Shown piece by piece: positions 1-16,600 of a stretch of DNA of 64,000 nucleotides. The position numbers and the translations under genes are program-made. Every line of letters starts with the position of its first letter. Within the stretch, counting starts at the first letter, position 1. The notes under the pieces are model-generated. The model saw nothing but the letters and a program-made list of their open reading frames with translations, was not told the DNA's origin and ran no database searches. Origin of the DNA: Reclinomonas americana ATCC 50394 (taxonomy: Eukaryota); contig PS015432.1 in the NCBI GenBank assembly GCA_048213135.1, forward strand, positions 1 through 64,000, given 5' to 3'.

Positions 1-69
1 GAGCGCCTGTCTCACTCTTCTCCGTGTCAAAGAAAGTGCGCGCGACTCACATTTTTTTATTCTCCTCAG

Positions 70-1315
70 CCATCGACACGGAGGGCCAAGAGGCGCTTCT
101 CACCACACCCAATGTGGTCACGCGTCTTCTGGCGCAAGTCGACGACGAGCAGGTGTTGCAGCACCCCAAGCTCGTCGCCGAGTCCATCTCTGCGCTGGCG
201 GCTGTGGGTACGTGCTGGCGGCTTGTCTGAGAGCGTTTTCTTAGGTTTTTTTGTTTTACATTTTTTCTTTCTTTGTTTTGTTTGTTGTTTGTTGTTGCAG
301 ATGCTCCGCTGCGTCCGCGACTGCTGGAGATTGTGACGCCCATTGATGTGGCGGATCATGTGGTGCGTGTGGTGGCGCGCTTGTGGGAGGAGCCAAGTGA
401 GGAGCTCGATGCGTCGCTGGTCGTCATTCTCAGGGCCATGGAGCGCTTTGGTTCGCATTGCGTTTCCTGTGAAATTTTGTCTGCCGGTCACCCTGCTCAA
501 TATGTTATGTGCTATGTCCAGCTCAAGGCAGCGAGGTGATGCAGGGCGCGCTCACCGAAGCCGAGGCCCCTGGCCTCTTCTCCGAGATCCTCACGGCCGA
601 GGTGAGCCGCGAGTCGGCCGCAGAAGTGGTGTCGGCCACGGCCGCCGCGCTGAAGAGTCTTTGTTGCGTCTTTTTTTTTTCGCGGACTTTCTTCTCCTGT
701 TGTGCCTCATTGCGGTCTCGTCGCGCCAGTGCTGCACAACGCCGCCGTCAAGGAGGAGGCCGTCAACTCGCCGATCCTTGACGGTGCCTACCGCCTGCTG
801 CAGAGCGAGGTGCCGGGGCTGCAAGAAGCCGGAGCCTCGATTCTGGCCGTGTTGTGTTGCGTACTCTCCCTGTGCTGTTGTGCGCCGTGCACCCAGCTCA
901 CTGCTGCGCGACGCAGTGCGTGATGCGCCCGACGACGTGAACGACGCGGTGGCCAGTCAGCGACGCCTCGTGCCCGAGTTGGTCAAGGTGTCGCGCTCCG
1001 GGCACACCACGGTCGCGCAGCGGGACGCCTCATTTGCGCTCAACTACCTCGCTGGTGCGCCTCCCTTGCATTTTGTTGTTCGCTGTTGCCATTTGTTGCT
1101 CACCACGTCGTCGCGTCGCGTGGCGACCATCGCGCAGTGGCCGGACGCATCCACAACCCGATCACGGTGCAGGGCCTGCACGGCACTCTGCACAAGGCCA
1201 TCACCGGTGGCCGAGAGCGTCAGACTTGGCTCTGCATGGGTATGCGTGTGTGTCTTTGTTTTCGTCTCCCTTTCTCTCATCGTCATGCACACTGACTGGC
1301 TCTCGCAGGACCCAG
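70..1315 (+). CDS. Partial multi-exon armadillo/HEAT-like helical repeat protein
   Basis: Exons join in frame across GT-AG introns (AIDTEGQEALLTTPNVVTRLL...; LLHNAAVKEEAVNSPILDGAYRLLQSEVPGLQEAGASILAVL; RLVPELVKVSRSGHTTVAQRDASFALNYLA), giving an ARM-like amphipathic helix pattern. 5' end is outside the window and 3' end runs into a gap. Confidence 0.6.
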
Positions 1316-1915
1316 NNNNNNNNNNNNNNNNNNNNNNNNNNNNNNNNNNNNNNNNNNNNNNNNNNNNNNNNNNNNNNNNNNNNNNNNNNNNNNNNNNNNN
1401 NNNNNNNNNNNNNNNNNNNNNNNNNNNNNNNNNNNNNNNNNNNNNNNNNNNNNNNNNNNNNNNNNNNNNNNNNNNNNNNNNNNNNNNNNNNNNNNNNNNN
1501 NNNNNNNNNNNNNNNNNNNNNNNNNNNNNNNNNNNNNNNNNNNNNNNNNNNNNNNNNNNNNNNNNNNNNNNNNNNNNNNNNNNNNNNNNNNNNNNNNNNN
1601 NNNNNNNNNNNNNNNNNNNNNNNNNNNNNNNNNNNNNNNNNNNNNNNNNNNNNNNNNNNNNNNNNNNNNNNNNNNNNNNNNNNNNNNNNNNNNNNNNNNN
1701 NNNNNNNNNNNNNNNNNNNNNNNNNNNNNNNNNNNNNNNNNNNNNNNNNNNNNNNNNNNNNNNNNNNNNNNNNNNNNNNNNNNNNNNNNNNNNNNNNNNN
1801 NNNNNNNNNNNNNNNNNNNNNNNNNNNNNNNNNNNNNNNNNNNNNNNNNNNNNNNNNNNNNNNNNNNNNNNNNNNNNNNNNNNNNNNNNNNNNNNNNNNN
1901 NNNNNNNNNNNNNNN

Positions 1916-3092
1916 CCGCCGCCGCTGTTGCTGCTGCCGCCGCTTCCGCCGCTGAACAGGGAGTCACGCCGGCGACTCCGCCGGTGGGCGGAACTTTGTC
2001 GAAAAATGTTGCACGACGACCGACAACCCCGCCCGGTAGCGACGGCCCTGGCACCGTGGCGCTACCGCTGTTGCTACCGCCGATTCCCGTGACTGCAGAG
2101 CGGGAGGTGCTGGCGCAGCCGCTGACCACGGTCGAGAACAAACCGGCGAAACGACCTGTTGGTCGACCGCGAAAGAATCCCATCAAGCCGCCAACGCCGC
2201 AGCCGCAGCAAGCACCACCACCGCCACCTCCACCGCCAGCGGCCGCACCAGCTGCCACGGCAACAGTAGCAGCAGGAGGAGGTGCGAGGGTGTTGTTGTT
2301 GGCTTGCCTGTGCTCATCTTGGAACTCATTTGTTGTTGTGCGCAGAGGCTGCAACTGCCGCGGGTGTACCGGCACGACCTCGCCGCTTCAACAACAAGCA
2401 GCGTGCCAATCAACCGAGCATCACGGTGCCGACGAATGGCAGTGGTGGTGAGGTGCGCGTGACGATGCGTGTGCGACCGCCGGTCAATCGTGGTGCGTCG
2501 CCGGCATCCTTGTCGCCTGATCCGGTGCAGCGTCGCAACTCGTCGTCGTCATCGTCGCTGTACTCGTCGTCGTCGTCGCACTCTCCGTCGCCGCCGCGCA
2601 TGAGTCCACGTCATCCGGCGCTGCTCGCACTGGCCGACACCGTGGCACGCAACGCCGGCATGTTCCAGATGTTCCAGCCGCCCAGCATGGCACCGTCGTA
2701 CGGTCTCAACCACATGGGCTCGTACGCTCCATCGATGCAGTCGGGATTGCGCCCACCGTCGTCCCTGCTGCTGCAATCCCCCGGTGCCGTCTCCGTTGCC
2801 AACGAAACGGTGACCGACGCGGTCGTCCGGCAGCTAGCCGAGGAGTACGCATGGCCGCCACGCGTCTCGGAGCGTGTGCTGAGCGTGCTGCAGGACGAGG
2901 TACGGCATTCCCCTCGCTCACCTTTCCCTTTTCTCCTGCGCTGTGTTGCTGAATCGTGTGCGGAAAAAACAGGTTGGCGTGTACAACATGCGCGGCCTTC
3001 GTGCGCTGCTGGTCGGATCGCCGGAAGCCCTCAAGAGTACCAAGCTGCTGCCGGCGGAGCGGGCGGCACTTGAGCGAGCCGCCTCCACATGA
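1916..3092 (+). CDS. 3' part of a low-complexity protein with an AT-hook and a C-terminal SAM-like helical domain
   Basis: KRPVGRPRKNP AT-hook near 2149-2181; Pro/Ser-rich middle; spliced C-terminus EYAWPPRVSERVLSVLQDE|VGVYNMRGLRALLVGSPEALKSTKLLPAERAALERAAST* (TGA 3090-3092). Confidence 0.6.
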
Positions 3093-3244
3093 TAGCACCA
3101 TCCGAGCCACTTGTTCACACCGTTTTTTTAGGAAGTACATGCTACCGTTCAAGACATCATCATCATCATCATTTCGTCCCTTCCCTTTACAACACACAGA
3201 CAATGGATTCATGTAGGAAGAACAGAGATCAGCAACGCAGTCGC

Positions 3245-7805
<4,561 letters not shown>

Positions 7806-7993
7806 GGTTTGAGACGAAGCGCGCGAAAAATGTGGAGAGATAAAACGCTCGGACAATCCCGTGACTCATGCGCGGTAGGACAAAGAAATTATCCTGCATC
7901 GTCGACGTTCCTTAATGCTGCTGTGTTGCCCTGCCCCACGTGTGGTTGAACAAAACAGCGGATTTCATTAGGAGAGATTACTATGGGGTGTAC

Positions 7994-10295
7994 TTACAGC
8001 TTGTCGTTGATGATTGTGCCGACGACGGCGCGACCGTCGGCAAACTCGGTCCACTCGCGCGAGGCCAAGAATCGACGCAGCGGATCGGTGGAGAGCAGTC
8101 GCACAACCGACTTGATGGCGTCGTCAAAGGGCGTGCGTAGCACCTGCGGCTCTTCTTCACCGGCCTCGCCAATGTCGAGGCCTCCGGAGGAGCCGCCGCA
8201 GGTGGTGGTGGCTTCCGTTTGCTCCCGTGGCACGAGACTCATCGAGGCGAGAATGGCCTGCTGCAGGTCAGCAGGCAGGCCAAAGACCTCGTGTCGTGAG
8301 AGACTGTGGCGCCCGCGACTGGGTCTCCGTGTCGACACGATGCTCGCCTCGTCGCCACCAGAGTTGGTTCTGAGACGACCAAAGAGTGCATGCAGCGGCG
8401 CAGCCGCACGCGCCGGGATGTTCAGTTCAAACTCGGCCTCGGGCTGCACAAACGAAATGTACAGGGATGCAGCGCGACCAATGGTGGCACTCTTGGCGCT
8501 CTCCAGCGTCGGGTGCGCCAAGTACTTGCGTGCTTGCTCGCGGAATTCACGGGCCGCCAAGATGAACACCAAGTTCTGCAAGCGTGCGCGTGAGTACTAT
8601 CCCACAATGACTCGTCTGTATCGCAGGTTACCTCCACGTTTAGCTGCGAGAGCGATGCATGAGTAATGGTTGCGATACACAACGAATCAAAGAGGGCACA
8701 CACCTCCCTCTCCAAGTGTCGCGAGAATAATCTGAGGGTGTGTCGATTGGCTGCGAGCAAGCACACAGTCGTCAGGCACGCGCATCGCACACACACTCGT
8801 GGAAAGTGTGCACACAAAAATGCCTGACCGAGCACATCGCTGAGACTTGCACACGGCAGCAATTCCTCCTGGAGACGGCACACACGTTGGGTTCAACACA
8901 GGCGACCATGCATGGAAGAGTGAGGCGACGCACCAGGCCGGCGGTCTTTTGGTCATTCTTTCGCCTTCGCCCACATATCTCACCCCACGGCCACAGCACG
9001 CTCGGCAGCAGTGCCATGAAGAAGACAGTGACGATGAGCATGACGACCAGAGCGAGAAAAGCAATAAAGCTGCGCAGAGATTCGCGGTCACCATCGGCCA
9101 CTGCGACACACACACAAATGACACAGACAGTCGACGAAACTTGTGGTTTTTGAGTGCGAAAAAGAGACCGACGGTAAAGCCAATGAAGCACGCCATGAGG
9201 CACGACGTGCCGAGCACTGTGCGACGGATGCGGAGGACTGCGGCGGGAAAGGGTGTCAAACAAAGTACTGCGGAATGATTCACGAGCTGCACACGGTCAC
9301 CAACCGTCATCTTTGCGCCATCTACGATTGTGTAGAAAGAATGAAGGCACATGTGCGCGTGAGATTCACGGAAGAGCGAGGCACACATGTAAACACCGTT
9401 GAACGCAACAGGCAACAGACAACAATCGGAGCGGAAATGCTCGTCAGGAAATACGTGCCCAGGAGAATGATGGAGATGACAGCAAGTGCATCCAGACACT
9501 TGCCGGGCATGGCGCTAATCTGTACGCGCACGACGAGAAGTGAGCATCGGTCGGCGCACACACGGCAGCAGGAGGAAGCGCCGCAACGATAGTGCAGGTG
9601 ATGATGGCGCACGCGAGGATCACGAGCAACACAATCAACAGATTGTGATCGGAGAAGCGCCGAATCCAGCGCGTCTCGTGCAGCAAACCCGCATCGCGCC
9701 CGTCCACCTCCAGCGTCGCCGTGCCGTCTTCGCGCATCTCACCCAGATTACTCGCCGAGTTCGATCGCTCGACGGGATCGTGCAGCTTCCGTTGCAGGTA
9801 CTTGGCTTGCGCTGCATTCCCCCACACTGTAAGTACGAGCCTCTTGCGGATGCGGTGCGCAGGCACTGACCTCGTGCAGACAAGTACAGCGCCACATAGC
9901 GCATGTAGCCGAGTACCTGTGCCGAGACCACTGTCGATGTGAGGCACGTGATGAACCACAGCAGCGCATCCTGTGCAGGCACCAACAGCGTGTGAGTTCT
10001 ACCTGGAGAGTGGGTGGGTGGGCAACCGAGCGCACAAGGCGACGCAACACACGGGATTGATTCTGCTCGAAAGAACGTGAAGCACATGAGGGTGGCCAGA
10101 CTGGAGATGTAGATTGCCGATCCCAGAAAGTACACTGCGTTGATTCTCACACCGAGAAGCTGATGCAGAAGTGTTGAGGAAAAGCACAAGCGAGAGAGAG
10201 AGACTGAGAGAACAAACGCGAGACTGACCTTGAATTTGGGTAATCTTCGATGCCAGATGAGCAACTGCACGACACACGCACGAATCAGCCTCTCT

Positions 10296-10370
<75 letters not shown>

Positions 10371-10540
10371 TGTGAAGGCTCACACACACTGACCGATAGA
10401 AGCACCCATGTGGCGACCCCCATAATGAAGCAAATGACAATGAGAGAGATGCCATAGGCTCGTAGGTCGACTCCAGGCAGGCCATTGTCGGGAGGTGGGG
10501 CGTCCCCATCGGGAACACTGCGTTGACTGACACACTGCAT
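7994..10540 (-). CDS. 7TM-RGS protein (seven hydrophobic segments fused to a C-terminal RGS domain)
   Basis: About seven TM-like stretches, then spliced RGS box SLSDVL|ANRHTLRLFSRHLERE|LNVE|NLVFILAAREF...AASLYISFVQPEAEFELNIP...PFDDAIKSVVRLLSTDPLRRFLASREW. Start codon uncertain. Confidence 0.85.
10299..10368. repeat. (TG)n microsatellite in first intron of 7TM-RGS gene
   Basis: Uninterrupted TG run. Confidence 0.97.
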
Positions 10541-10684
10541 GCGTGTGCGACAATCAATAGTGATCGAACGCAGACTCACATGACACAAGTCCTCCGATCA
10601 CAAGCTTGGCGACGTTGCTTTGTTGTTACAAACACCAAGCAAGATAACTGTACATTGATCTATCCTCTTTTTTCTATACTCCGA

Positions 10685-13600
10685 TCAGTCCTTGTTGCAG
10701 AGCAGAGCCACACCTGTCGTGCAACGAGACGTTTTTGAGTGGAAGACTCTCGGAGAACAGCGGTGCCAGTGAGGCGCATGCAAACCTCGTAATATCCAGT
10801 GGGCTTCGTCACGCTGACCCGAGTGCAGCAAAATGTCGCACACGTGGTTGTTGTAGTGCCGTGAAGCTGTGTTGTCCGGGGGAGGCATCGTTAGCAACAC
10901 GACAACATGCAGCGCTGCAGTACAGCTCGGTACGCAACGAATAGTGTACAGCGGCACGGCGGTAAAGTCCGACCTCTTCTTCCGCTCCGACAGGTCGGCG
11001 GTGACGTGAACGGCCGGCAACGGCACGGCCAGCACCTTGGGTTGTTGCTCCACACTGCATGAAGAAGAATGACGGGATCAGCAACGTGCATGCACACAGA
11101 GGAGAAGGGAAGCAGAACGCAACAGGCACAAATTACGCCGATCCCATCCGGCGCCCTCCAGCCACAGCCCGTGAATGTACACGCCATCGTTGGGTTTCGG
11201 CAACTGTGAGCACAATATACGTTATTCCAACAATACGACACGCACTCCCGCGGTGAAGGAAAAAAAGAACACGCAACGTCTGACGAGTCGTCGGCCATGA
11301 AGCTCTTGACTTCGGTCTTGAGAATGACCTTGTCCAGCGTCCACTTGTCGTCGGCGGCCACTGCTGCCGATGCATTGTGTGCGCGAGTCACCTGCAATCA
11401 GTCGAGTTGGTGGTCAGTAAAATGCACACAGATGCCTCTCCCTCTTCTTCCCTGGTGTTCCTCACCTCCTGCTTGACCGCGGTCAGGAACCCTTGCTGGT
11501 TGAAGAAACCGGCCAGCCAGAAACTCTGTCCAACACCACTCCCAGTCAGATCAACGCGGCAGGCGAAAAGAGCAACGCGTTCCGAGTCACGAACCGACGG
11601 CCGACCACGCCACAGCCACGAGTGGAGCTGCGCATGACGACGCAGGAGTGCTGCGAACCAGACACCCTGTACATAAAACGCAGTTGGAGGTGAGTCGTTC
11701 ATCTATCTCCTTCGCCCCTCTCAGCGCACACACACGCAGCCTCACCAGCGACGGAGCAGACCACGAGATCTTGAGCCAGTCGGCCGGAATGCGGCCGTCA
11801 AACAACGAGTCGAGGGCATTCTGCAGCTCCGCACTCATCACAATCGTTCCCTCAATGGCCAATTGCAGATCCTGCAACGTCGACCGAGCGCGAGAGATGA
11901 CACGCTGCAGGCGATCAATTTCCTGCGCACGTGGAGACGACGCGGTCAGCGGCAAGACCAATAAAAAGGAACACACAGTGAAAGAAATGGCGGCCGCACT
12001 TGGAGCAAGAAAATGTTCAGCGGCTGCGTCGGACTGACGGATTCACGAGCAAAGTCGCGGTCAAAGCCATCCGGCAACTGGGTCAGCATGTCGCCCGCAG
12101 TCTGCTTCACCACATCCTCACGCGACATGCCGGCCGCGCCGCTGGCCTCCTTCGGTTGAATATCGAGCGCCGTATCGAGAACCTTGCACCGGCACGATGA
12201 GCACACACACACACACAGCTGTACCATCATGCGACACGCAAATAATACCTCGCGACTCTCATTGTTGCGGAATGTCAGATCGGCGTTGCTGTGCAGGCCA
12301 AAGATCTCCGGGCTCTCAAAGTCGGGGAACCGTGCAATGTGATCCCGGAAGAGCACAAGATCGTTCTCACGAGCGTCGGATTTGGAGTCACGACACGGAA
12401 CCGAGTAGCCTATGGTGCGGCAATGAGTTTCGTCCCTCTCCCGAGCGCAAGCCACCTAAAACTAACACACAAACACACCTGGGTAAAACTCGTACTTGCG
12501 ATCCAACACAGTCTCCGACAGGAACTTCTCCGCATACGTGCCAAACAGCCGACGGTCCTTGTCGTCGGTGATGCGCCCTCCATAATGAATCTGCTCACTC
12601 GGCTGTCAGCAACTGTCGATGCACAGACGCGCACATGCAATCAAACCAACCTCGGCAACCATGTAGCGAATAGTTTCGTAGGATGGCGGCTTCTTGCGCG
12701 GATCGTCGCCAATCTGGAACAAGTGTTTCTGATGGTGTGTGTGTGTACATCCAGTTGTCAGTGACAGGTGTTGTCAGTGCGAGGGCATTAGAAATTGACT
12801 GTACCTCGAGGAACGACAGCGACGCCTCCAGATCCGTCTGGTTGAACTCGTACGGAATGTTCCAACCCAGCGGACCATACTTGCGTCGCTCCTGCACCGT
12901 CGAGTGCAAGAAACAAATGGTGAACAGCAGCGGCTTCCACTCCGGTCGCACGTTGCGCTCCAGCAGATCCAGCGACACCCACTGGAACGAGCGCTCCATG
13001 CCGTTGCGGAGTCCACGCGGCGGCTCATTCGTCAGCTTGATTGACATTTGCAGCAGGCCAATCGGGAACCGCGGGTGCGGCTCACTGTACTACGGATGAG
13101 AACCATTGTCTAGTCTAGCAGCTGCGACTTCCACCAACGCAAACGCACCTGGTGACCCACAGACGGAAATCCGGGTTGATCTCAGTCGTGCGCAGCAACG
13201 TCTCCTCGACCTCGCGCATAAAGTCGAGACCCAAGTGGCAATTCTGCAGCATGAGCCAGCGGCCTTGTGCAAAGCACGACTGCAGGAGCTGGCGTGCGCG
13301 AGGCTCCTGCCCACGTCCGAGCGAAATGGTCTCACACAGAATCTTCTTCTTGCGCGACAACGCGAAAATGGTGCCGGTGGGATCCGAGCCAAGACTGAGC
13401 AGGTAGATGATCGGAGTGCGCGAGTCGCTCTCCTCAAACGCATCCTGCAGGTCGGCCACAATGCCCGTGACGTACTCCTTGCGTTCGAGAGTTGGCGTGT
13501 CGGCAATGAAGCCGGCGGCGGCGTAGGTCATGCGATCCGGCCGCAGCGAGCGCACCAGCAGCAAGCGTTGGAATGGTCGCAAGCTGCACGTTGTTGGTGA

Positions 13601-16600
13601 GTGGCGAGCTCACAGAGGTCGTGCTCAACACTATCACACACAAACACACACCTGTCGTCCAACTCTGGCACTTTTTGCATCTCGGGGTTCTCCGAGTCCA
13701 CCCACATGCGCCACGAGTTGTAGTCGTTGGAGCCGATCAGGTCGGGCAGACGACGGAACATCTCCACTGCGTGGCATCACATACACAAACACATGCAAAA
13801 TCAGCGACAGAGAGAGAACAGGGGAAGAGGTGGGAGAGCCGTCGTGGACCACGCAACATGATTGTGAGAGCTGAATGACATTGAGCCAGGCCGCATCGGT
13901 GATCCACTCGTGCGGCTTGCGTCGCACATCAGAGATGCTGAGAGTGGCACCGCCCTTGAGAAGGGTGGTGAACTCGATCTGCGTAATGTTCTCCGCTTGC
14001 AGATTGATCTCGCAGGCCAACAGCAGCGAGTACAGGCCCTTGTGTCGCTCGAACAGACCGCGTGACACGAACACATACACAATGTACGTGACCATGTCGA
14101 CAATGTTGTACACGCGCTTGTTCACCAGTCCGTCCTGCGCAAGCAACACGAGCATGAGATACAGCATCGACAACGAACACACACTCACTCATGCATTGTG
14201 CACGTACCGGATGTGCACGCTCCATGGCCAGATCAAAGAGGTTCAAGAAGCGCGACAAGGATGTCTGGTACATCGGATTGACAAGCGACATGGCCACCAT
14301 GAGGAAGTACATCACAGAGCCACGAGTGGCACTGCCGCGGTAGCTCTCACGCATGGCGTTGATGCTCTTCTCCGTCTCGCCAGCCTTGGTGATGTTGGCG
14401 GNNNNNNNNNNNNNNNNNNNNNNNNNNNNNNNNNNNNNNNNNNNNNNNNNNNNNNNNNNNNNNNNNNNNNNNNNNNNNNNNNNNNNNNNNNNNNNNNNNN
14501 NNNNNNNNNNNNNNNNNNNNNNNNNNNNNAGTCGATCTCCTCGCCCACGTTCTCAATAATCAGCGGCCAGCCCTGCATGTATCGCCGTCAGTTAAGACGT
14601 TCCGTCAGGTGCGTGCATACATGCAGCGGTGTCTCACCTCGCGGCACGCCTCCTCCAAATACAGTTTGAAGGTCTTGTCGGAGAATTGCACCACCCGCAA
14701 CTGCTCGTCTGGTCGACGTGGCTCATAGTTGCGCAGCCAGGCCAGTCCCTGTCCCTGTGGGTCCACCAGCAGAGGCCACTGTGCGTCCAACAGGAAATGA
14801 GCGCACTGTCGACAAGCACATCTACAGGCGTGTGACAGACCTTGGACGACATTGTGACCATGATACCATTCTGCGTCGAGTGCTCGTCCTTGGGCAGTCC
14901 CTGCAGATTCCACTCGCCTGTCTGCCGCTCGTCGGCCAAGAACTGAGTGACATTGATCTCCGGCGTCACCGGCACATGGCGCTGTCGCAGATCGCGCAAA
15001 AAGTGCTCTACCAGCGTCTTGCGGAACACCGAGTTGAAGGGACCGCAGTATGCCATAAAGGCCGTCGACAGTGTGACATCGCCGGCAAGCCGCTCAATGT
15101 CTTGTCGGAAGGCATTGCTCTGCTTGACCCACATGTCGCGTTCGCCCGACAGCGCGCCAATCAGATTGTTGGCGCTCTCCATGGTGCGACGCAACCGATC
15201 AGCGTTCTCCTGCAGCTCCTGCTTGCGTCGCACGGCAGACTCGAACTGCTCCTCGATCTGTCGCAGATTCGTCTCCACAATCTCCAGATCGCGCTGTTTC
15301 TCTGCACGGCGTGCGCGACAGGTCAACCAGAGTGCACTCGCCAATATCATTTTCCTTGAAATGGTGCGTACCACGCAGTTTGACCATGGCCACGTGCTGT
15401 GCGTCTTCAGCCTCGCGCAGCGCCGCACGCTTCGGTTCGACCACCTTTGCCACATCATGGTAGCGCGCCATGGCCTTGACCCACGTGCACAGACCGGCCA
15501 CCTCTTGCGCCTTCTTCATCGCCACCTCCTTGGTGAAGTCCTCGGCGTCGACAATCGGTCGCAGCAACTCCACCATCTCGTCGTCAATGTCGTCGCGTTG
15601 GTAGTTGAACAGGTCACGCGTGAGGTTCGGATTGTTCAGCAGCGTCGAGCGCGCGATAGCGTACGAATCCTGGGTGAAAACAACACACATCTTAGCAAAC
15701 ACAGAATCGATGGCGATGCAAAAGACACCGTGCCGAGCTGCTCACCTCAATCATCCATCGATCGCCGGCGAGCTGATAATACGAAACCGGATTCACGGGC
15801 ATGCGATGCAGAATGAGCACACCGTCAAAGATGCGCTTGATGAACTCGGCCGGATTGAGGAATTTCTTCACAGTTGCAATGTCCTTGTCCTTGATGGAGT
15901 TCAGGGCGGCCAGAGCCTCCTGCAAAATCGGCTCGGCCAGCTCCAGGTCCTTGGCGGCCGCCGAGCGAATGCTGTCCACCAGTCGGAAGTCCTCCTCCAG
16001 CCGATCGGCCACCGCCTTCACCTCGGCACGCTTCTTCTGCGCGGCCGCCGTCTGCACCGAAATGTCTTGCAACATGGTCTCCGTGCGCGACTGTTGCACA
16101 CGCAGCTGCGCCTCGCTCTCGCGCAGCTCCACTTTCAGCACCTCGATCTTGCTTTCCGCGTCACGCAGCTGATCGAGACCAGTGTTGATCTTGCGCGCCA
16201 GCACGCCCACCTAACAAAAAGCAGGATAAATGTGAGTCCGACTTGGCCATCTCTCTTCTCTCTTTCTCTCATNNNNNNNNNNNNNNNNNNNNCTGCCGGT
16301 CCAGCGCATACACGCCCTTCATCTCCACCACTTGACGCACCACCTCGTTGGTCGGCTGCCAACACAAGATCACAAATGAGACACTGGCGGCGGAGGGAAC
16401 GGAGGAGTCGAAGTGCGTGACACGTACCTGATCGCCCCACACATTGACCTCGGGCATGTTCAGGTCGTCGACAAACACCACCATGTTGCGGTTGCCCTTT
16501 GGCTTCAGGGAGTTGCCGACGCTCTTCTCCAGCGACGATTCGATGGTGTTCTGGAAGATGCCAGGCGAAGTCGCGGATGAGAATGACATCTTCTTGAACG

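Noticed and set aside
16210-16300. Dynein appears to lack the end of AAA3 and all of AAA4
   Set aside because: The jump coincides with a 20-N placeholder gap (16273-16292), so this is missing sequence rather than a truncated motor.
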